Below are positions 14,625 through 31,364 of a DNA stretch of 64,000 nt, in pieces. Numbering within the stretch: the first letter of the stretch is position 1; each line of letters starts with the position of its first letter. Position numbers and translations under genes: made by a program. Source of the DNA: the human T2T-CHM13v2.0 reference genome, Homo sapiens; the NCBI RefSeq assembly GCF_009914755.1, contig NC_060936.1, one strand, 5' to 3'. Below the pieces are notes generated by a model. The model had not been told where the DNA came from. It saw only the letters and a list, made by a program, of their open reading frames with translations, and made no database searches.

Positions 14625-15795
14625 ATACTAAATAGCAAAGAAAACACTCAACAGAGTGAAAAGGCAACCTACAGAATAGGAGAAGATATTTGCAAACTAT
14701 ATATCTGCTAAAGAGTTAATCCCCTGAATACATAAGGAACTCCTACAACTCAATAGTAAAAGAAACTAATAATCTGATTTAAAAAAAGGCTAAGGGCTTA
14801 AATAGATATTTCTCAAAAATAGACATCTAAATGGCTGACAGGTATATGAAACATTGCTGAACCTCACTAATCATCAGAGAAATGCAAATCAAAGCCACAA
14901 TGTAATGTCACCTCACGCCTCTCAGAATGACTATTAACAAAAAAACAAAAGACAGGTATTGGTGAGGATACGGACAAATTGGAACCCTTGCATACCGTTG
15001 GTGGGAATGCAAAAGGATGCAGCTGCTATGGAAGACAGTATGGATGTTCCTCAAAAAATTAAAAGTAGAACTACTGTATGATCCAGCAATCCCACTCCTG
15101 GGTATTTCTCCAAAAGACTTGAAATCAGGATCTTGACTCTTCAAGATCCTGAAGAGCACTCCTCCTTTTACCACAGCAGTATTCACAATAGCCAAGATGT
15201 GGAAACAACCTAAATGTCCATCAGCAGATGAATGGATAAAGAATATGTGAAGCCAGGCGCAATGGTGATACCTGGGGTCTCAGCTAGGGGAGGCTGAGGC
15301 GGGAGGATTGCTTGGGGCCAGGAGTCCAGCCTGGGCCACATAGCGAGATCCGATCTCGAAAAGAAATAGAAAGAAAATATGGTATGTACATACAATGGAA
15401 GTGTTCAGCCTTTGAAAAGAAGGAAACTCTGCAACATGTGACGACATGGATGAACCTGGAGGACATTATACCAAGTGAAAGAAGCCAGACACAAAAAGGC
15501 AAATACTGTATGATTCCACTTATATGAAGTATCTAAAATAGTCAAATTCATAGATTAAAAAAGTGGAATGGTGGTAGTTATCAGGGGCTGGGAGGAGGGG
15601 GTAACGGAAGTTACTAATCAATGGCCATAAAGTTTCAGTCAAGTAAGATCAATAGGCTCTACAGACTTGTACAGTACAAGTCAACACTTGTGTACAACAA
15701 TACTGTACTATCACCAACAGTAATGTATTGTACACTTAAAAATTGAAGAGGGTATATCTCATCTTAAGTATTCTTACCACAATAAAATAAAATTA
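14625..15795 (+). mobile_element. L1M (L1MA/MB-like) 3' portion with an Alu monomer inserted at ~15252-15375
   Basis: L1 ORF2-end motifs AAATGCAAATCAAAGCCACAATG and GATCCAGCAATCCCACTCCTGGG; 3' UTR ends CTTACCACAATAAAATAAAA. Confidence 0.88.
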
Positions 15796-16344
15796 AAGTT
15801 TCCTATGACTGGAAAAAGGCTTGGGGAGGAGGTGAGTAACTGAGGAGTGGATATAGAGAAATAAGCCTCCTGCAGATGAAAACTGTTGGAGGGAGAGAGA
15901 AAAATGGAATGTATATCGTAAAGTAAAAATGGAACGTGCCCTGAAGAAAACGAGACAGAATGAAATAAAATGCTGAAGGAGTACGCAGATTTCTTTTTCT
16001 GTGAGGTGGGACTCTTTGAGCCTGAACCCACTGCTGTGTGAATCAGGTGCTTCCTTGAAGCTTCCTGCCCTGGACTGGGAACTGGTTTCAGAACGTTCCT
16101 GAGCTTGAGCTTGCAGTTGGAGGTGAACAAGGCACCCCTTCCATGTGCTGTCCTGACTAGCTGGTGACCATGTTGATGAACGTCCTCTCACTCCCCACTT
16201 GGGAACTGCGTGTTGTAAGGGCTGCCTCCCCCTGACAGGGTTGTCTCCTCCTGTCAGGGCATGAATTTTGAATATTCTCAATACCCAGTCAAGAAGGACT
16301 ATTCCTCCAGAAGTGTGAGGTCTACCTAAAAAGAGCTAAACCAA

Positions 16345-17468
<1,124 letters not shown>

Positions 17469-20400
17469 TATAGCAGTTGTGTTAACTTCAGTACAGTAAA
17501 TTTAAGCTCATTATACCTCCTTCAGAACGGATACACATTCCCTATCCATCATCTCACTGTCCCATTCCCAAACGGTGGGGGTGTAGATAGAAGCGGGGGT
17601 GGTCTATCACAGCCCAGCAGCACTCAAGACAGGATTTTTCAGCGACTCTGGGAAGGCAGGCGTTCGGAGTTTGGCTCTTTTACCATGACATATGTGAGAG
17701 GAAACAGGAGTGCTGTTTGGAGGTGTGAAAAATGGCAGCTCCCTGGTGCCATCTACTCTTAGTACACTTTTTACTACTGCTAAATATGAAATTAAAATAG
17801 ACTTACTGTAGGGACTCCCAGATGCTCTTGAAAAGATGAACTTTATATTTAAAGAAACCTTTCGATTTCGCTCAAATGCAGGAAATTAGGGAGAATAGTC
17901 CAGTTTTGACTTTCAAGAAAAGGGTGTTATTTTAAAAATCTAAGACAAAGATTAGAGGAGTCTTAGCTTTCCACTGGTTAAGTCCTGTTGAGGCAAGCTG
18001 TATTCCAGTGTTGAGTCTGCAGCGGCCGAAGCAGCCCCGAAGCAGCTGTGCCTGCCGTGGGCAGTCAGTCTCGGTGCGGCCATCCCTCTCTACACCCAGG
18101 AAGGATTCTGCAGAGGCGTCACTGGGGTGAATTCATGCCAAGGGTTGAGTCCATTTGTGGCCCTCCCATATAACCTTTCCACTCTTTGCCTCCCTTAACC
18201 TCGAGGCTCAGTCTCCTTCCAAAATGTGTAGATTTTGTTTTTACACTTTTTTATTCAGGTAAGTTCACAATTCTCCCTATATCATGTTTTCATTTTTTTT
18301 CTCAGTCTTTCCCTGGCTTATTCCTTCTCAGCAAAACCTAACTTATACCCCCTTAACGAGTATACTTTGAAACCCCCTTTTCATTGCCAGAAAACTTCTC
18401 TGTATTCTCAATCTTTTCATACAATTTCCTTTCTTCATCTTTGCCTTAACTGGCTTCTCCTTGAAGAGGGCTTGTCCCTTTGAAAATAACTATTCATTCT
18501 TCAATTCCCTTTGGATCTAAAGGCCAAAAGGAGTGATCAGTCTTTTTATCTTTTCCTCTTGTTGGAGAGCATAGAGTTTTTCTATACAGGTTTACTTTTT
18601 AGTACTTTGTTTTATACCTCTGGATAGTAGGTCACAGAGTACACGGAGCAGGCTTACACAAACACACACGTCAAATGAACAAATCCAGCCACACCACCTG
18701 TGCAGTCTCTTGAATTCACTTCCTCCACCACTGCCTGGATTCAGGCTCTCACCTGGCTTGTTGAAGGCATCCTCAACTAGTCTGTCAGCCTTGGTCTTTC
18801 TCTTGTCTGTCATCCACACCACGCTAGGTTTTGTTTTGCTTTGTTTAAGCCTCCTTTTGATCTTGTCACAGTCCTTGATTAAATTTTTCTGCCTTCTTCT
18901 TATCTATAGGATAAAGGCCATGCTCTTCCAATTCCAACTTAAACTTCTGCCATTGAATTATGTGCCAGTCAAGGAAAACCAAAGACAAAACAACAAGAAA
19001 ACAACAACAAAATAGCAGACACGGTCCTTGCCTTCATGGAGCCTATAGTCTGTAGTCACAACAGTAGTATAATTACAAAGTAGGGTAGTGCTATGAAGGG
19101 GAAGCTGAGGATGCTGCTATGAGATATTACGGCATGATGGGGAATTTCAAAGACCTTTCTGTGTAAATTAAAATTAGGTCAAGACCAGAGGATGTTCAAG
19201 AATTAGCTAGGTAAAAAGCTAGGGGGAGAATATTTCAGAATGAGATACTACCATGTGCCAATGTTCTGCAGCAAAAAAGAGCTTGGTGGTTTTAGGTACT
19301 GGAAGGCCAGTGTGTCAGGAGAACTGTGAATGAGTGGGAGAGTGGAGCAAGAACTATACAGGGCTTAGATTTCTCTTAAAATGTAGTGAGCAGCCAGTCG
19401 TTGGTTTTAAGCAGAGTGGTAATATGGTCTGCTTTACATATTTTAACTTTTATTCCAGCTGCATCAGTCACCTCGAGTCATTCTGTTTCCCATACACCTT
19501 GATGCCTTTGCTCCTGTCTCTTTCTCCTCACCTGGGGACACCTTCACCTTTTTTACTTCTGGGAATTAGCACAGCACAGTAGTCCTAGAATGAACTCTAG
19601 AACCAAACGCTTTCTAGTGGCGTGGTCTTAGATATGTTACTTAAATCTATCTGTGCCTCAGTTTCCTTTGCAGAAGTGGGATATAATATCAAGGAGATGG
19701 CATGTGCCTAACCCACAATAATTCCTACAAAAGTGTTTGCTATTATTGTTTTTATTACTATTATTAAGATTCACCTCAAATGTTACTGTGTAACCTTCTC
19801 CCACCTTTTCAGGTATAATTCATTACTTCCTCTTCTGCAGTCCCACACTGCCATGGTTGCTTTTATCACACTGTTAAGAGAGTTGAATATGTACTTTTTT
19901 GTTGTTATAGATTATGAATTCCTTAAGGGCAGCAGTCATGTGACATCAAGCATCGGGATTTACATTTCTCCTCTATCACTGATTAATTGTACGACCTTGG
20001 ATAAATTGTGCAGCTTCTCCATCTTGGTTTCCTCGCCTGTAAAATGAGGATAGCATTACCCATCTTAAGAGCTTCTGTTTTGGTTTTGTAAGAAACACAT
20101 TTGCACCATAGCTAATACTTAGTAAACACATATGCTTTTCTTCCCTGCCTCTGTAGATTTCTAACAACTAAGTTAGAAACAAAGTTGGGCCTGGTTATTT
20201 ACTGATTGGAGGCTGAGGTGTTGAATAAATAAATAATGAGGGTTTTATGAATGAGTAAAACAACAACACAAAAAAAAGGAAGAAAGAAGAAATTCTGTTG
20301 TTAAATATGTTGTACTCCTGATGCTAACAGATATATCCTAATTTCTAAGTTCACTCAAAGTGTGTTTATCCTGTAGCATATGTTTTTAAATCCAGTTTAC

Positions 20401-21129
20401 CCTTAGCATTTTAAAGAAAGATAAACATAATGGCCTGAGCTCAAATTGAGTAGTGGTTTCTTCAGAACACAGTTTTAAAGCCATTAAAATAGAAGATGAA
20501 AAGCAACTGATTAGAAAAAGACTGCTCACTTACTTAGGGTTTAGTTTTCTTAACTATAAAATTTGATAGACTGATGGATGAAATGATCTCTAAAATTCCT
20601 TCAAACTCTCAAATTCTATGGTTTTATGATTCCCTGGTTCTGAAGACTTGTACAAAATTACAACAACTTAAGATGCTAGATAAAATCCTAATGGTGAAAG
20701 GGAGAGGCAATTAGTAAAGAAATAAATGGTTAACAGTCTAGAGCCATTTAATGGAGAGGGAGACAGCCCTGCTACCTCAACGGTAATTGAGTTTCATAAT
20801 GATGACACTGAGTCATCAAAAAAGGTTAAATTTGGTTCAACCTACTCTCCTTAAAAGGCAAAGAAATGTGTAATGCATTTTTAGGAAGATTTTTACCAAT
20901 AATATTTTAATATTTTATTAGTTTTTATTCAACTTAAAATTTAAGCTTTAATTATTTGGAAAATTCACTTTTGTAAATGTCTATTTCCTCTCCGTGAAGC
21001 AAGCCCATTTCAGGGGCTACAGAGATCTTCCTGCCGCCACAGAATAGCTTATCACTCTGGTATCATGGTTGTTACTCTTTTTGTAATTTAGTGTCCTAAA
21101 TTTTACACATAAAAATGCTACCATCTCAA

Positions 21130-21260
21130 GCTGGGAACAGTGGCATATACCTGTAGTCCCCACTACTTGGGAGGCTGAGATGGGAGGATCATTTGAGTCC
21201 AGGAGTTTAAGGCTAGCCTGGGCAGCATAGGGAGACCCTGTCTAAAAAAAGAAAAAAGAA
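21130..21260 (+). mobile_element. Alu monomer (FAM/FLAM-like)
   Basis: Single Alu arm with A tail. Confidence 0.8.
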
Positions 21261-23417
21261 AGTGGTAGATGAACTGAAGAGGTTGAAATAGATAATACTG
21301 TGCGTGTATGTCATGCTAAGGGGTTTAAATTTGTCTTAAGGGCAGTGGAGGAGTGACAGTCACATTTAAGTTTTAGAAAGATGAGTCTAGTGGCAGCATG
21401 GAGGGTAGATTGATAGAAGCCAAAGCTGGAGGATCCATGAACAATTTGGAGACTGTTGTACCAGTCTAGACAAGGGATGGTAGGAGCTTGGACAAAGGTA
21501 GAATTAGTGGAGGAAGAAAAGGAGGAATGGACATAGGACTTGAAGGAAGTGGAATCTGCAGATTTAGAGAAGTACATGATGCTTGATAGGGGTTGAGGTT
21601 AAGAACTGGATGGAATTGGATCCAGTTCTGGCTTTCTGTCCTGGGTAACTGTTTTGGAGGCACCATTAACTGGAATGTTCTGGGAAAGCCTTTGCTTTTC
21701 TGATGTGAGTGCTGCTGCCTCCTGCTTTCTGATGCCACAACAGCAAAAGGCATCATGCAGCTTTGAGGTGATAAACAGGAGAGTGGACATCTACACATTA
21801 GTAAGAGTGGAGCAAAAAGAGCCAGCTTCCTGGCACTCTTGTGGAATAGCTGCCCCTGCCCTGGCCATGCTACCTCTGGATTTCTTGTTATGTGTGACAG
21901 ACAACACTTACATGCTTAGAAATAGGCATCTGAATATGTTTATAACCAATAGAGTGAAAAATGATTGGTCAGTTGTAGTTTATTTTCCGGACGTCTTTGC
22001 ATTCTAAAAACAGATTGAGCTCTAAAAACAGATGCAAGCTCAAAAAAAGATTTATTTTAATATATTTATATGTTGAATTTAATTGTACCATTGGCTTCTA
22101 AGTTTTTCTTTTGGCTTTTTTATAGAGCAAATTACTAAAGAAAAAACTTTGTTTTTACTAGCAGACCTCTTAGTATACAAATGGGGAAAATGTGCATATA
22201 AAGATGGGACCTAAGATTTGGAACAAATTCCAGAGGAAAATTTTGTTGACATTGGAATGAATTACTAAATACTGTGTTTGATATTTGGTAAAAATTACTT
22301 ATTTTTGTCTTCTACTCTGAGAAGTATTTCTTACAGTCTTATCATTAGAGAATAGACTGGTTCTAAGGCTATTTTTTACAGGAACATATTGGCTTTTTCT
22401 TTAGACATTAAACCCAATGATATATCCTGTATCTTAAAAAACAAAACAGTAAATCTGGAATCTTACCGAAACCAAGTATTTTCCATATACATTTGTGTCT
22501 GTCTCCATATTAAGAGAGATTACATCAGAGTTGAAGGCTTTCTTTGGTCCCAAAATCTGTACTTTTTAAAAAAAGCAGTGATTGCTGTGGCTTCTCCAGT
22601 ATGCTGTGGAATATATATGGAAGTTATTCCAGTGTTTTTTCTCAGTCTGACATCCAAATGGCTGTACATTACTTAAAATCTACATTTGAGAGTCTGTTTT
22701 CTAATGGTTAATCAAAGTGTTTTCATGCTTGCAAATTCATCTTCTAACAGCTTTTATCATCGTGGCATTAAAGTTAAGAATTTGATGTTATTAAATCACT
22801 TTTCATTTAAGATATTTTATGCAGCCTTCAAACAAAGCCCTGAGGGAATTTGGGAGGAAAAATACAAGAACCGTAGGACAAGTAGGTCATAGAGTGCAGC
22901 ATCATCAGATGGTGGAATGCAGGGCAGGGCTGTGCGTCAGGAGACTCCACTCCATTTCTATCCATGGCTCTCTTCGTGACTTAGTGATTGACCTTGGGCT
23001 ACTTATCAAAGAGCTCTTGCCTCAGTTTCATCTTAGATAAAATGGGGCTAGAAGTCACCGGAAACACATGTCAAATGTATTGTGGAGTTCACAGACTCAT
23101 AGACTGTCAAATCTGGGAGACACTTTTCATTCATTTGCTGCAACCCAAAATGAATCCCCACCACATAATTTTTTGAAGTGTTTTCTGTTCTCTACTTGAA
23201 CGACTCTTGTGACAGTGGACATCACCTCCTCCTGAAGAAACCCACTCCATTTTTAAACGTTTTTAGTTGTCAAGAAATTAATCCTGGGAAATACCTAAAA
23301 TAGGCAAATTCATAGAGACAGAAAGTATATTAAGTTTATCAGGGACTGAGGGAAGTGGAAAGTGGGGAGCTATTGCTCAATGGCTAGAGAGTTTCTGTCT
23401 GGTGAGATTTAAGTTTT

Positions 23418-24886
<1,469 letters not shown>

Positions 24887-27466
24887 GAGTCTGTTCTCTT
24901 AAGCATTCTGCTCTGGTGCTGCTAACATCAGCCAGGATTCTAGTCCATATTGGGTTAGGATAACATAAGGGACTGTATTAAATCTAATTAATAAGATTGC
25001 TATTATAACATTTTTTAAAGTGCGTTGTTGGTGGCAAAATAATCTGAAATGCCAGACCAAAGCATTTGTGCTGTATCTTCTACCAAGAAATTCTTTCCCC
25101 ATTTTTTCACCAAACTCTAATCTGTTCTTTCATGTCTGCTGAAAAGATACTTCCTTTTTATTTTCCCAGGCAAACTTCAGTTCTCCTTCTTTAATATTAC
25201 CTCTGCACTTTGTACAAATGTCCATTGCATTTTGAAATGGATTTCAACAGTAAGCCAACAACAAACATTTATGAGCACCTAGAGCACATGCCAAGCATTA
25301 TTCTGGGTAATGGGAATATAAACATGGGAAAATGGTGCTCCTGCCCTCGGATTTACAGCTGACTAGTGAGAGCCAACACACAAATATGGCCCTGGTCCCT
25401 GCTACATCATAGTTGTTCTGCAAATATCACATGGCTGAATGGAAGAGAGCTGAGTACCAAGAAAGTCTTTTAAAATGCCCAAATAAACATCTCTAAACTT
25501 TTTTGTGCTTTAGATTAAGATTATTTTTGACCATCATGGCTGTTTCCTTAGTGAAACCATTGGATCCTCAGCCCTTCCTGGTGTGTGTCAATGAGCTTAG
25601 GCTAAATTAGGCTGTGGTAACAACCTGAAAATCTCAGAAGCTTGTAACAACCAATGTTTATTTCCTGTCTAGGTCTGTCTTGGGTCGTGTGCAGCTCTGC
25701 TCCATGTCAGTTTCACTATGGGACCCCAGATGAAGGAGGGGCACCTATCTGGGACATTAATGCTAGTATCAAGGTGAAAGAGCAGAAAACAGGTTTCTGT
25801 AGGAATACCTGTGGCTATACTTTTTAGTGATTTTCAAATTCTTTACCATGTTTATTCCACCAATCTGACAGTTATTTACATGTGTTTTCTTGAATTTTGA
25901 ATATCACATGCTACCAGGATAAAGTTAAGCTGCTGGCACATCTAAGAGAAACTTGAAGACTGATAGGGTCTTTTTCATTACTCAAGTTTTAAAATTCTAT
26001 TGTTGAACTGTAAGTCACCACTTTAATTGTTATGCATATTTCTGTATAGTATTTTTGTTCTCCAAACATATTTGTAATCCTTCATTTAGGAAAAGAGCCT
26101 CAAAATTAATTTAGCTAATTTTACTTTGCAAAGGCATTTCAAGATGTTTAATGCATTTTAACTGAGAGATATTGCTTGACAGACTACAACAAAATTGAAT
26201 GTAAAAATTGAATGTATAGTAAAGTATTCTTTACTATATAATTTAGGGGTTAGGATGAATGATTCATTGCTAGCCTTGATAGAAATGCTAGCCTATTTCT
26301 GTCTTCCTACAAGCAATAGCAAAATATATATAAGCTGCTAATTATTTAATTTAAAAAAACCGGTGTGTAATACACTTTAATGAAATAGGCTGTTAACAAT
26401 TGGGAATCTTCTAGAATGATGATATTATAACAGAAGGTAGCGCTTTCTTCAGAAAGACATGCAGCTGACTTTCCCTTCACCCAGGATATATTTTTCAAAT
26501 CCTTTCTCCAGAGCTGCCAAAATAATGGTACAATACTGATGCTGGAGCTATAGAAAAGAAAATAAATTGTGGTGATGGGTAGATTTTTCTTCACTGAGGA
26601 TCTAATTACAGGGAATTGGACTTAACCTAATCAGACTTTAACGACAATTTCCTAAGAGTAAATTAGGGAACAAATTACTGTGAGATGAGTTGCAGAATCT
26701 TTTTCAGAGGTTTGGAGAAAGACAGAATGTCTGTTCACCTGTTTGGCCCCATTTAGTATTGGCTTAACCAGGCGCTGGCAGCAGTTCCTAGCATGCTGGG
26801 TCTGAAATTGTGACATGTATAGGAGCAGCAGCATTGGAGGCTCCTCAAGGAGGACAAAGCACCTAAACAGGGATGGGGCAGGTGAGTTGAAGGAACAGGA
26901 ACTGCTTGTGACAGTTGTTATGCACACATTGGGGTTGGCTGGGCTAGATAGAGATCGATTAAAAGATGAAGCAGGAAGAAGAACAGTAATGACAGAATGA
27001 GTAGTAAATATGATCATTCATTCTTGGAAATTATCTGAAAATAGTTGGCACAGTCTGTAAAAACACAAGCAAATACACATGCCTGTTTATGCAAATACAT
27101 CCATGATATTTGCAATTTCAAACAAATATATGTGGCCTTTGGAAAAAACCTCCATGAAATCTAAGATCTTGTTCCCTGCCCGCTACCTTAATTTGCTTAA
27201 CTGACACTCTATGGCACTGGATTTTCACTTTCTTCTTTGAAGTCTTTTCTTATTCCACTAACATTTACTGAGCTCTCACTTTGAGCTTAGCAGGGTGTGA
27301 TGCTCTTCTAGGAGCGGGAATACTGGGAAAAAAATCCAGGTTATTGGGAGTTGAACAAACTCACTGAGACCACCGACCATTCTTTATGGGGGCATTTGTG
27401 GTTGAGCCATGGGAGACTCAGCTAGCCCGTGTTGCTATGCCCCACTTCAATTGTCCTATCTAAGAA

Positions 27467-28341
27467 GCCATCTTGATTTTATATCAAAATTCATGGGGAA
27501 AATGTGCCTTGACTTCCTTTTAAATGCCTTATTTTGTCTGTGCACATCATACCCAGGACTGTTGAGATGGTAAGAAGATACATTGGCATTTGGGGGGATT
27601 CCTTACCCACCTCATTTCCTTGAGAACCAAATTCTAAAGCTCTTGCCAGCCTTACAGACACCCAATGGAATCCCTGCTCATATGCATATTTTGGGTGCAT
27701 CAGTATGTTTGTCATTTTCTCCCTGGAAACGGTTTCTCACACCCACGTTGCAAGTGTGTGATCTGTGATTATATCTCTTTTCTGTGTCCTCTTTGCCTGG
27801 AGCGAGGGCTGAGAACATGATTCAGCTTAGGGAAATGATACAAAATGTGGTTGTTAAAGTGATCTTTCAAAAAGCAGCTTTTTATATGTGTGCAGTCACT
27901 ATGCTTGGTGTAGCCTATGACTTCATTCACCTGAAGCAATGAAGCAGATTCCAGGATTTTAGAATTATGGTCTTGGACAAACCTAGAAGACACCTGCTTT
28001 TAGGCCCTTGGATATAATCTTATTTCATTTAAAAGATTTTGAAGATTTTGAGACAAAGGCGCGTGCTAACTTTGCTCCGTGATTAATCCTTCCAGAGTTT
28101 GTTGCCATCTTGATTTTATATCAAAAATCATGAGGAAAATGTTTCTTGACCTCCTTTTAAATGCCATATTTCATCTGTGCACATTGTACCCAGGATTGTT
28201 GAGATGGTAAGAAGATACATTGACATTTGGGGGGATTCCTTACCCACCTCATTTCCTTGAGAACCAAATTCTAAAGCTCTTGCCAGCCTTATAGATACCC
28301 AATGGAATCCCTGCTCATATGCATACTTTGGGTTCATCGGT
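27467..28341. repeat. 238 bp direct duplication (27467-27704 / 28104-28341)
   Basis: Manual alignment gives about 17 mismatches. Also visible as twin ORFs 27491..27715 and 28128..28337. Confidence 0.95.
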
Positions 28342-29682
28342 GATTTTTGCTCACTGTGACTAATCCTTCCAGTGTTTGTAGCCTTTCTTATAAGGAGAAC
28401 TTCTATTTCAGCTTTGTTAATTTGGCTTCACAAAGTAAAATAAGGGGCCCCATTGTTTTGTCTTAATCAGTGAAGGGAATATGGGATGTCCTGATATAAT
28501 TAGTCCTTTGATTTTTAGTCCTATCCAGCCCGGGCTTGCTTGAGAAGTCCCTTGTGTAGCCCTATATTATCAGACATGCTATATCACAGCAAGCACCTTT
28601 TGATGTTTAAGAATTAATTCCTTTAAGGAATTCTAAAAAAGAAAGATATTTTCAGCATTAACATCCTAAATCAACATTTCCATTTTCTGAGGATGTTTCT
28701 TTAGCACTAGGCATCGCTGAGATAGAAAATGAGTTCTGAGAGACTTTCTTTGGAAACAAAATGGCTCACCCTTAAATTTCCCCGTTTCTGGATGAAATCT
28801 GATTTAATAATACAGTATTGCTCTTCAAATATGAGAGAAATCATTGTAAGGAAGAATGTGGGTTTTAAAGAATAGAATGGGTTGGATAAATGTTTTTATA
28901 AAATAGAAGTGAAAGGATCAGAAATCAGCAGTATCAAAACAACAAGAAGAACTGATTAAACCATGCACTTGTTACCTCTGAATTTCTCTTTGCAGAAATT
29001 CTACTTCAATTTTAAAATTCAGAATTAAAAAAAAATATTCAAAGGATAGTTAATGAACAAAAACTTTAGGAAAGTCAAACATGGTGTGGCATAGGATTGG
29101 GGCTAAAGTGAATATGCAGTTTAGAATTGCTAGTGACATTGTATCATAAAAGAACTGAGTAAAGAAGAACCAAGAATCTTTGGGCACATTTGATAAAAAA
29201 TAAAGTTGAAAAGGAAATATCAAAGATGTATTACAAAGACAAAAAGGATATTCTATAAAAAGTAAGGAGGCACTTAGGGAGGATGGATATTAAAATTGCA
29301 AAGTGTTATTAATGCTGTGGTTAGGAACAGCAGATAGTGGTGGAAATAGTGGAGATCTACCTAGGCAAAGGCACAATGTAGGAAAAGGATGAAGGAAAGA
29401 GAAGTATTTCATAACGTGTGCTAATCTTTGGGCAGGTGTGTCTTGTATGTAAATGCCTGTCATAAAAGGCAAACACTGAAAAAAGAATGAAAAAAGTAAA
29501 TCTTATAACTCAGATTGTAGATCTGAGTTATAAAATAGAATTAATAGAAAACAGTTTATTCCCTAGGTTATTTTTAAATACTTCTGTTGATGATTTAATT
29601 CTGAATGACTAACTGGGAAAGGGGATAGAAAACTTGTGCTAGTAAGGAACTGATTACAGTATAGGAGAGCGGTTTATGGTAC

Positions 29683-30152
29683 TGTGGCTGTCTGAATAGT
29701 GGCCCCCAAAGATGTCCACACCATAATCCCGATGGATTTATGTTATTTTACTTTGCTACCATGTTACCTTGTATGATAAAAGGAACTTTGCAGATGTGAT
29801 TAAGGATTTTGAGATGGGGAAATTATACTGGATTGCCTGAGTGTGCCCCAAATGCAATCATGGGATACTTATAAGGGGGAGATGAGATCAGAGAGAGTAG
29901 TAGGGGATGTGATCAGGGAAAGGAGATTAGAGTGATGCCAGGGAGGGGGCCATGAGCCAAAGAATGCAGGAAAGGATGCTGGGAAAGGCAAGGAAACAGA
30001 TTCTCTCCTAGAACCTCCAGAAGGAACACAGCCCTGCTGACACCTTCATTTTAGTCCAGTGAAACAGATTGCAAACCTCTGACCTCCAGAACTGTAAGAA
30101 ACTACATCTGTGTTGCTTTAAGCTACTAGAGCAGCAATAGGAAATAGATACA
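29683..30152 (+). mobile_element. MLT1C/D-like MaLR solo LTR
   Basis: TGTGG..GAATAGTGGCCCCCAAAGATGTCCAC...GCAGCAATAGGAAATAGATACA. Confidence 0.8.
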
Positions 30153-30245
30153 GGCAGTAATTTGCAGATAGTTCTAAGTGTAATTGACTTTTACAATGAA
30201 TATGAGCTTTTCTTCAACTTTGAGCTTTGAAAATACTACAGATTG

Positions 30246-30535
30246 CCAGGCGCAGTGGCTCACACCTGTAATCCCAGCACTTTGGGAGGCCGAGGCGGGC
30301 GGATCATGAGGTCAAGAGATCGAGACCATCCTGGCTAACACGGTGAAACCCCGTCTCTACTAAAAATACAAAAAATTAGCCGGGCGTGGTGGCAGGCACC
30401 TGTAGTCCCAGCGGGAGGCTGAGGCAGGAGAATGGTGTGAACCTGGGAGGGGAGCTTCCAGTGAGCTGAGATAGCGCCACTGCACTCCAGCCTGGGCGAC
30501 GTAGCGAGACTCCGTCTCAAAAAAAAAAAAAAAAA
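30246..30535 (+). mobile_element. Alu (Y-like)
   Basis: Sense Alu; TSD AAAATACTACA. Confidence 0.92.
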
Positions 30536-30677
30536 TACTACAAATTTTAAAAGGTTCTGGTTCTGTATCATACTCTTGGGGTTGTCAAATTCATTTCTTC
30601 AAGGTTGGAAAAGTTGGACTTGGACTAGATTTGAGGTCACCTATGCTGTGTAGGGTTTTGTAGAAAACTGCTTCCCA

Positions 30678-30960
30678 GCTGAGTATGGTCGCTCATATCT
30701 GTAATCCCAGTGCTTTGGGAGCCCAAAGTTGGAGGATTGCTTGAGTCCAGAGTTCGAGACTGGCCTGGGTAACATAATGAGATCCTGTCTCTACAAAAAA
30801 TTGTAAAAATTAGCTGAGCGTGATGGTGGGCACCTGTAGTCCCAGCTACTAGGGAGGCTGAGGTGAGAGGATTGCTTGAGCCCAGGAGGTTAAGCACTCC
30901 AGCCTGGGCGACAGAGTGAGACCTTGTCTCAAAAAAGAAAAAAAAAAAAAAAAAAAAAAA
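30678..30960 (+). mobile_element. Alu (J-like)
   Basis: Sense Alu with an internal deletion and long A tail. Confidence 0.88.
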
Positions 30961-31025
30961 CTTTTCCCATACATACCCTCATTTGATCTTCTTAATGAGG
31001 GTTTTATTTCCCATTTTACAAATGA

Positions 31026-31347
<322 letters not shown>

Positions 31348-31364
31348 TTTTTTTTTTTTTTTTT

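Noticed and set aside
15774-16281. Overlapping 118 and 162 aa minus-strand ORFs
   Set aside because: No homology that I recognise and no supporting splice or promoter context.
22003-22050. 18 bp tandem repeat TCTAAAAACAGAT..AGC (about 2.5 copies)
   Set aside because: Ordinary slippage duplication; no spacer structure, not CRISPR-like.
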